Of a stretch of 64,000 nt of DNA, positions 60,008 to 64,000 are shown piece after piece. The stretch is taken from NCBI GenBank assembly GCA_965657865.1, contig CBFHPQ010000003.1, positions 3,410 through 67,409 on the forward strand. Reading direction: 5' to 3'. Origin of the DNA: Coraliomargaritaceae bacterium. Lineage in GTDB: Bacteria > Verrucomicrobiota > Verrucomicrobiia > Opitutales > Coraliomargaritaceae. A program made the position numbers and the translations under genes. The notes under the pieces were generated by a model that did not search any database, was not told the origin of the DNA, and saw only the letters and a list, made by a program, of their open reading frames with translations. Position 1 is the first letter of the stretch. Every line of letters starts with the position of its first letter.

Positions 60008-61564
60008 CTATTTCTTCAGGTCGTATTGATCAATTCGCTTACGCAAGGTTGCTCGAGTCATTCCTAAAATTTCAGCAGCTGCCACTTGTTTACCCTTCGT
60101 TTCCTTAAGCGCGCGTTGAATCAGCTCTTTCTCTATTACATGGAGAATATTTTGCCCATTAGCAGTTGCGCGTAGTTGGGCGTAAGTCGCATTAAAAATT
60201 GCTTCCGTATCACCCACCCCTGTAACTAAAGCCGCTTCTTTTGAGACCCCTACTATCGAATCTTCCTCTAGCGGGGCGCTAGGCTCCAAATCTGACTCAA
60301 GTTCGCTTTGAGGCTCTTGCTTAGCGGTTCGTTTCGGCTTCACAGGCAAATCCACAGACTCAACGAGTTCAGATGGCAAATCCTTGATCAAAATAGCATC
60401 CCCCTGCGCCATCACTGCGCTTCGATAAATCAAGTTCTCTAGCTCTCGCACATTACCCGGCCAATCATGCGACTCTAAAACTTCCATTGCCTCAGGCGAA
60501 ATTGATTTTACCCGCGCTTTACGTTCGCCGAGCAAACGCTTCAACATAAAATCCACTAAGGCTGGCACATCGTCTATTCGATCGCGCAGAGGCGGTAATT
60601 GCACCCGAACTACATTCAAACGGTAATACAAATCTTCTCGAAAGGTCTTCTCCTCAACCATCGCCTCTAAGGGTTTATTAGTGGCCGCAAGTAAACGCAC
60701 ATTTACTTGGATGGTATTATCTCCACCAACCCGCTGGATTTCACCCTCCTGCAACGCTCGCAAAATTTTTGTCTGCGTTGATAACGCCATATCCCCAATT
60801 TCATCGAGAAAAATAGTACCTCCATCACAGCGCTCAAATTTTCCAACGTGCTGCTGTGTCGCGCCCGTAAACGCTCCCTTTTCGTGACCAAAAAGCTCAC
60901 TTTCAATAAGGTTTTCAGCAATTGCAGCACAATTGACTGCGATGTATGGCTTATTTGCTCGCAAACTATTTTGATGAATGGCGCGTGCAATGAGCTCCTT
61001 ACCTGTACCGCTTTCGCCTGTTACCATAACGGTAGCATCACTAGCAGCTACTTGCCCGATTGTTTTAAAAACAGCCTGCATTGCTGGAGAACTACCAATA
61101 ATTCCCCCTTCAAGATCTTCTGCGCTCACTTTGACATTACTGTCTTCATTAGCCTCCGAATCCGCATTTGCTTTGTCCAAATCTAAGGATGCCTCAAGCG
61201 CAGACTGCGTTAACGCCAAGATCTTTTTCAAATCGAACGGCTTCATGATATAATCAAACGCCCCAAACTTCATTGCCTCGATAGTTGTCTGAGTCGTGCC
61301 ATAAGCCGTCATCAAGATAATCATCGCATTTGGGTTCACGCCTCGAAGGTGTTGAAGTGCCTCAATACCCGTCATTCCTGGCATACGATTGTCTAGTAGA
61401 ATGACCTGTGGATGCTCTACGCCAGCAACCTTTAGGCCTGCCTCCCCGCTATCAGCTTCGATCACACGGTATTCGCCGCCAGAAAGGACACGCTTTAGCG
61501 AATAACGCAAATCTGCGTCATCATCAATAATCAAGACTGTGGGTTTTGTCTCAGCAGTTTTCAT
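60008..61564 (-). CDS. sigma-54-dependent NtrC-family response regulator
   Basis: REC domain (LIIDDD...[11 protein letters not shown]), AAA+ domain ([24 protein letters not shown]) and a C-terminal Fis-type HTH ([16 protein letters not shown]). The start may be 61603, 61591 or 61564. Confidence 0.9.
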   Translation of the reverse strand: MKTAETKPTVLIIDDDADLRYSLKRVLSGGEYRVIEADSGEAGLKVAGVEHPQVILLDNRMPGMTGIEALQHLRGVNPNAMIILMTAYGTTQTTIEAMKFGAFDYIMKPFDLKKILALTQSALEASLDLDKANADSEANEDSNVKVSAEDLEGGIIGSSPAMQAVFKTIGQVAASDATVMVTGESGTGKELIARAIHQNSLRANKPYIAVNCAAIAENLIESELFGHEKGAFTGATQQHVGKFERCDGGTIFLDEIGDMALSTQTKILRALQEGEIQRVGGDNTIQVNVRLLAATNKPLEAMVEEKTFREDLYYRLNVVRVQLPPLRDRIDDVPALVDFMLKRLLGERKARVKSISPEAMEVLESHDWPGNVRELENLIYRSAVMAQGDAILIKDLPSELVESVDLPVKPKRTAKQEPQSELESDLEPSAPLEEDSIVGVSKEAALVTGVGDTEAIFNATYAQLRATANGQNILHVIEKELIQRALKETKGKQVAAAEILGMTRATLRKRIDQYDLKK

Positions 61565-61855
61565 AGCGATAGGAATCAGTCCCATTTTCATTACATCGAA
61601 CAAAGAAACAGAATCTCACTATTTGTAACGCTTCCCACATAAATGCAAGCCCACAGACACTAAGGTACCAATTACATCAGAAATTTATGCGAGAATGAAT
61701 GCAGCTAATCATCACCATTAAGACATTTTAGAAAGAAAAGTGAAAATTTACATTAAAAATTTATATACCAATTTACACATTTTTATTTGTTTAAATGGAT
61801 TTAAATTGTTAATTTTTAAAAAATTAATTAAGGTCAAAGATAAATAAATATACAA

Positions 61856-62605
61856 ATGGAACGCATTTTTAGATTCATACGCATTATAATTTGTGTGCTT
61901 TTCACCAGCACACACTACCTAAGCGCAATCCACATGACCTTTGCTAATCCAGCAAATACACTCAATACGCCAATTCAGACAGGAACTGTTGGCGACCGGA
62001 TCGATTCCTCACCAAAAGATGGCTATATCTACGATGCCACCACCTACGGATCATGGACTCCCAATATCACTATTGCTTGGGATGCGGGTCAACGCATCCA
62101 GCAGAACTGGGATGTTAATGATGGGGCTGGTGGCACGGTAAGAAATGACGGTGCACTCTTCAGCACAAATACTTCAGGCATTACGGTCTTTACCTTAACT
62201 GCTGATCCTGGTTACTACGTTTCGTTACGTTTGTTAGGATTTGCACTTCAAAACATGTCATCAGACCAAACTATTAATGTAAAAATTGATGGATATGTAG
62301 ACAAAACAAATAGTTGGGAAGATGCATTTCAAAGCGATAAGACACTCTCTTACCTAAATAGTAGTAAACAACTCAATACAATGGGGTGGATTTTTGGAGA
62401 AACACCTAGTCGGGTCCTTCGCTTTACAATCGATGCGAGTGGTTTAGCAGAAGCAGATCGAGCCAAAGTTGGTCTTACTAGTTTTGGCTTCGAGCAACAA
62501 TTAGTTCCCGAACCTTCTACTTATGCACTTCTTCTCGGAGCATGCACTCTGGTTTGGGTAGGCATAAAGAAGCGACGGTTTATACGATATAACCTAAATT
62601 CATAA
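61856..62605 (+). CDS. PEP-CTERM sorting-domain protein (249 aa)
   Basis: Signal peptide and the C-terminal VPEPSTYALLLGACTLVWVGIKKRR. Confidence 0.8.
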   Translation: MERIFRFIRIIICVLFTSTHYLSAIHMTFANPANTLNTPIQTGTVGDRIDSSPKDGYIYDATTYGSWTPNITIAWDAGQRIQQNWDVNDGAGGTVRNDGALFSTNTSGITVFTLTADPGYYVSLRLLGFALQNMSSDQTINVKIDGYVDKTNSWEDAFQSDKTLSYLNSSKQLNTMGWIFGETPSRVLRFTIDASGLAEADRAKVGLTSFGFEQQLVPEPSTYALLLGACTLVWVGIKKRRFIRYNLNS

Positions 62606-62649
62606 CTGTTGAGCGCAAGCGCTTCTTCAACAAGCTGCGCAAAACTCAA

Positions 62650-63252
62650 TTATTCGCTTAAAGTTCCCTTAGTAGTAGGCACAGCATCTCCAAGACGCGG
62701 ATCCAACGTAGTTGCCATGTCTAAAGCACGAGCAAAAGCTTTAAAAATTGCCTCTGCTATATGATGTGGCTCTTCCCCGTATTCCAAATTGATGTGCAAA
62801 TTACAACCTGCTTCATTAGCAAAGGCTTGGAAAAATTCCTTAACCAGTCCGATGCTAAAGTCACGCACCATTGCATCTTTGTAATCTACTTTATAAACAA
62901 AAGCTTGGCGATTCGATAAGTCTAACGCAACGCGCGCTAAAGACTCATCCATTGGAAGTACGAAGAATCCATACCTGCGAATACCACGTTTCTCTCCAAG
63001 CGCTTGCTTTAAAACTTGCCCTAAAACAATGCCCGTATCCTCAACTGTGTGGTGATAATCAACATCAATATCTCCCGTCGCTTTAACAGTTAGATCGAAG
63101 AACCCATGCCGCGCAAAAAGCGTGAGCATGTGATCTAAAAAAGGAATTCCAGTATCGATTTCAGAAAGCCCGGTACCATCGACCGCGAATTCCATTGAGA
63201 TCTGAGTTTCTTTAGTATTACGAGTTAAGGTTGCGTTGCGTTGTTCAGCCAT
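62650..63252 (-). CDS. hisB: imidazoleglycerol-phosphate dehydratase
   Basis: [30 protein letters not shown] and [10 protein letters not shown] are present. Confidence 0.95.
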   Translation of the reverse strand: MAEQRNATLTRNTKETQISMEFAVDGTGLSEIDTGIPFLDHMLTLFARHGFFDLTVKATGDIDVDYHHTVEDTGIVLGQVLKQALGEKRGIRRYGFFVLPMDESLARVALDLSNRQAFVYKVDYKDAMVRDFSIGLVKEFFQAFANEAGCNLHINLEYGEEPHHIAEAIFKAFARALDMATTLDPRLGDAVPTTKGTLSE

Positions 63253-64000
63253 GATTCGACAGCGGTTAAAAAGACCTGCATTTCAGCATCTGTTCCTATG
63301 CTGACTCGCAGAAAAGAGCAAGTTAAAGGATGTTTAGGGAAATATCGGATTAGCACACGATTTTCCTTAAGAAACTCAAAAAGGTCTGCGGCCACCTCCG
63401 CTCCACTTTCACCGGCAGCATTCTGCGGTTCAGTAAACAAGAAATTCGTCGCAGACGGATAAGTAAACCATTCCAACGCCTCGAGCGCTGCGAATGTAGC
63501 AGCACGTGTTGCGATGACTTTTGCCTGTTGGGCTTTGAAATATTCAACGTCCTGGAAAGCAGCCAACGCCGCGGCCTGCGCGACTCGGTCTAAATTATAC
63601 GCATCACGCACGCGATCTAGGATCGCTATCAAAGCCGGTGCCCCAAAGGCATACCCTACCCGCATCCCCGCCAGTCCGTAGGATTTTGAAAACGTTCGTA
63701 CTACGATTAGATTATCATAATCCTTAAGTAAGGAAAGCGCACTCTCCCCTCCAAAATCAACGTAGGCTTCATCCACTACCAAAAGCCCATCAATACCCTT
63801 CAAAATCGCTTCAATCGATGCTCGAGGAAATCCCACCCCAGTCGGTGCATTTGGATTTGTTAAAAAGAAAACCGAAGCATTTAAATTTATAATCGCCTCC
63901 ACGTTTAACTCCATAGATCGGTCAAACGGCACAGTGTGTAATGCCTGACCCGACATCCCCGCGACAACTGGATATAGGGAGTAACTCGGTACGGTGTGAC
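63225..64000 (-). CDS. hisC: histidinol-phosphate aminotransferase (5' end lies beyond the right edge)
   Basis: [16 protein letters not shown] and [16 protein letters not shown] (PLP-binding Lys) are present. The frame stays open upstream of the track's ATG (..[17 protein letters not shown]..) to position 64000. Confidence 0.9.
   Translation of the reverse strand, partial: HTVPSYSLYPVVAGMSGQALHTVPFDRSMELNVEAIINLNASVFFLTNPNAPTGVGFPRASIEAILKGIDGLLVVDEAYVDFGGESALSLLKDYDNLIVVRTFSKSYGLAGMRVGYAFGAPALIAILDRVRDAYNLDRVAQAAALAAFQDVEYFKAQQAKVIATRAATFAALEALEWFTYPSATNFLFTEPQNAAGESGAEVAADLFEFLKENRVLIRYFPKHPLTCSFLRVSIGTDAEMQVFLTAVESWLNNATQP

Noticed and set aside
61811-61831. Shared TTAATTAA-type AT palindromes upstream of both PEP-CTERM genes (also 5216-5260) as a possible common operator
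   Set aside because: The same TTAATTAA-like strings occur in other AT-rich spacers, for example 24040-24065 and 27810-27840. The motif is therefore not specific to PEP-CTERM genes and probably reflects general promoter composition.
62608-62632. GC-rich quasi-palindrome (GTTGAGCGCAAGCGCTTCTTCAAC) between the convergent PEP-CTERM gene and hisB, as a bidirectional terminator
   Set aside because: The best pairings need a 2-nt loop or a bulged stem, and there is no flanking T/A tract. This is too weak to call.

Overview
This window reads as core chromosome from a PVC-group bacterium, probably Verrucomicrobiota (Opitutae-like). That placement is an inference from two PEP-CTERM proteins, several prepilin-type N-termini, a monomeric isocitrate dehydrogenase, a PPi-type phosphofructokinase and a Lys/Ala-repeat histone-like protein. 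About 60 genes are densely packed, and most are housekeeping. They cover heme synthesis (hemH, a hemX-like gene, hemA), icd, aspC, argG, glyA, purB, purM, guaB and purA. They also include tyrA-aroA-cmk-plsC, menC/menE, hisB/hisC, secG, tatC, uvrC, holA, cinA, rodA, rng, mgtE, a pnuC-NR kinase pair and thrH. I found no rRNA, tRNA, CRISPR array, transposase, integrase, prophage or recognisable defence genes. I do not see a convincing large multi-gene novel system. The best leads are small.
(1) A 57-aa prepilin-type micro-gene, too short for the ORF track, lies behind a membrane-anchored FGE-domain protein at 38.0-40.1 kb.
(2) An orphan protein of about 1008 aa has a GspK/PilX-like anchor and is preceded by a perfect 16+16 bp palindrome (12.9-16.0 kb).
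(3) An M29/NicX-like protein is paired with an OvoA-C-terminal-like methyltransferase (25.8-27.7 kb).
(4) A histone-H1-like gene is built from six 57-bp tandem repeats (9.15-9.67 kb).
(5) A secreted protein has three internal repeats and three C-terminal WxWP(F/L) motifs (20.4-21.9 kb).
(6) An unusually long, divergent PurA sits directly after guaB.
(7) An orphan sigma-54 activator is divergent from a PEP-CTERM gene.
All family assignments come from reading motifs by eye and need HMM or structure searches to confirm.
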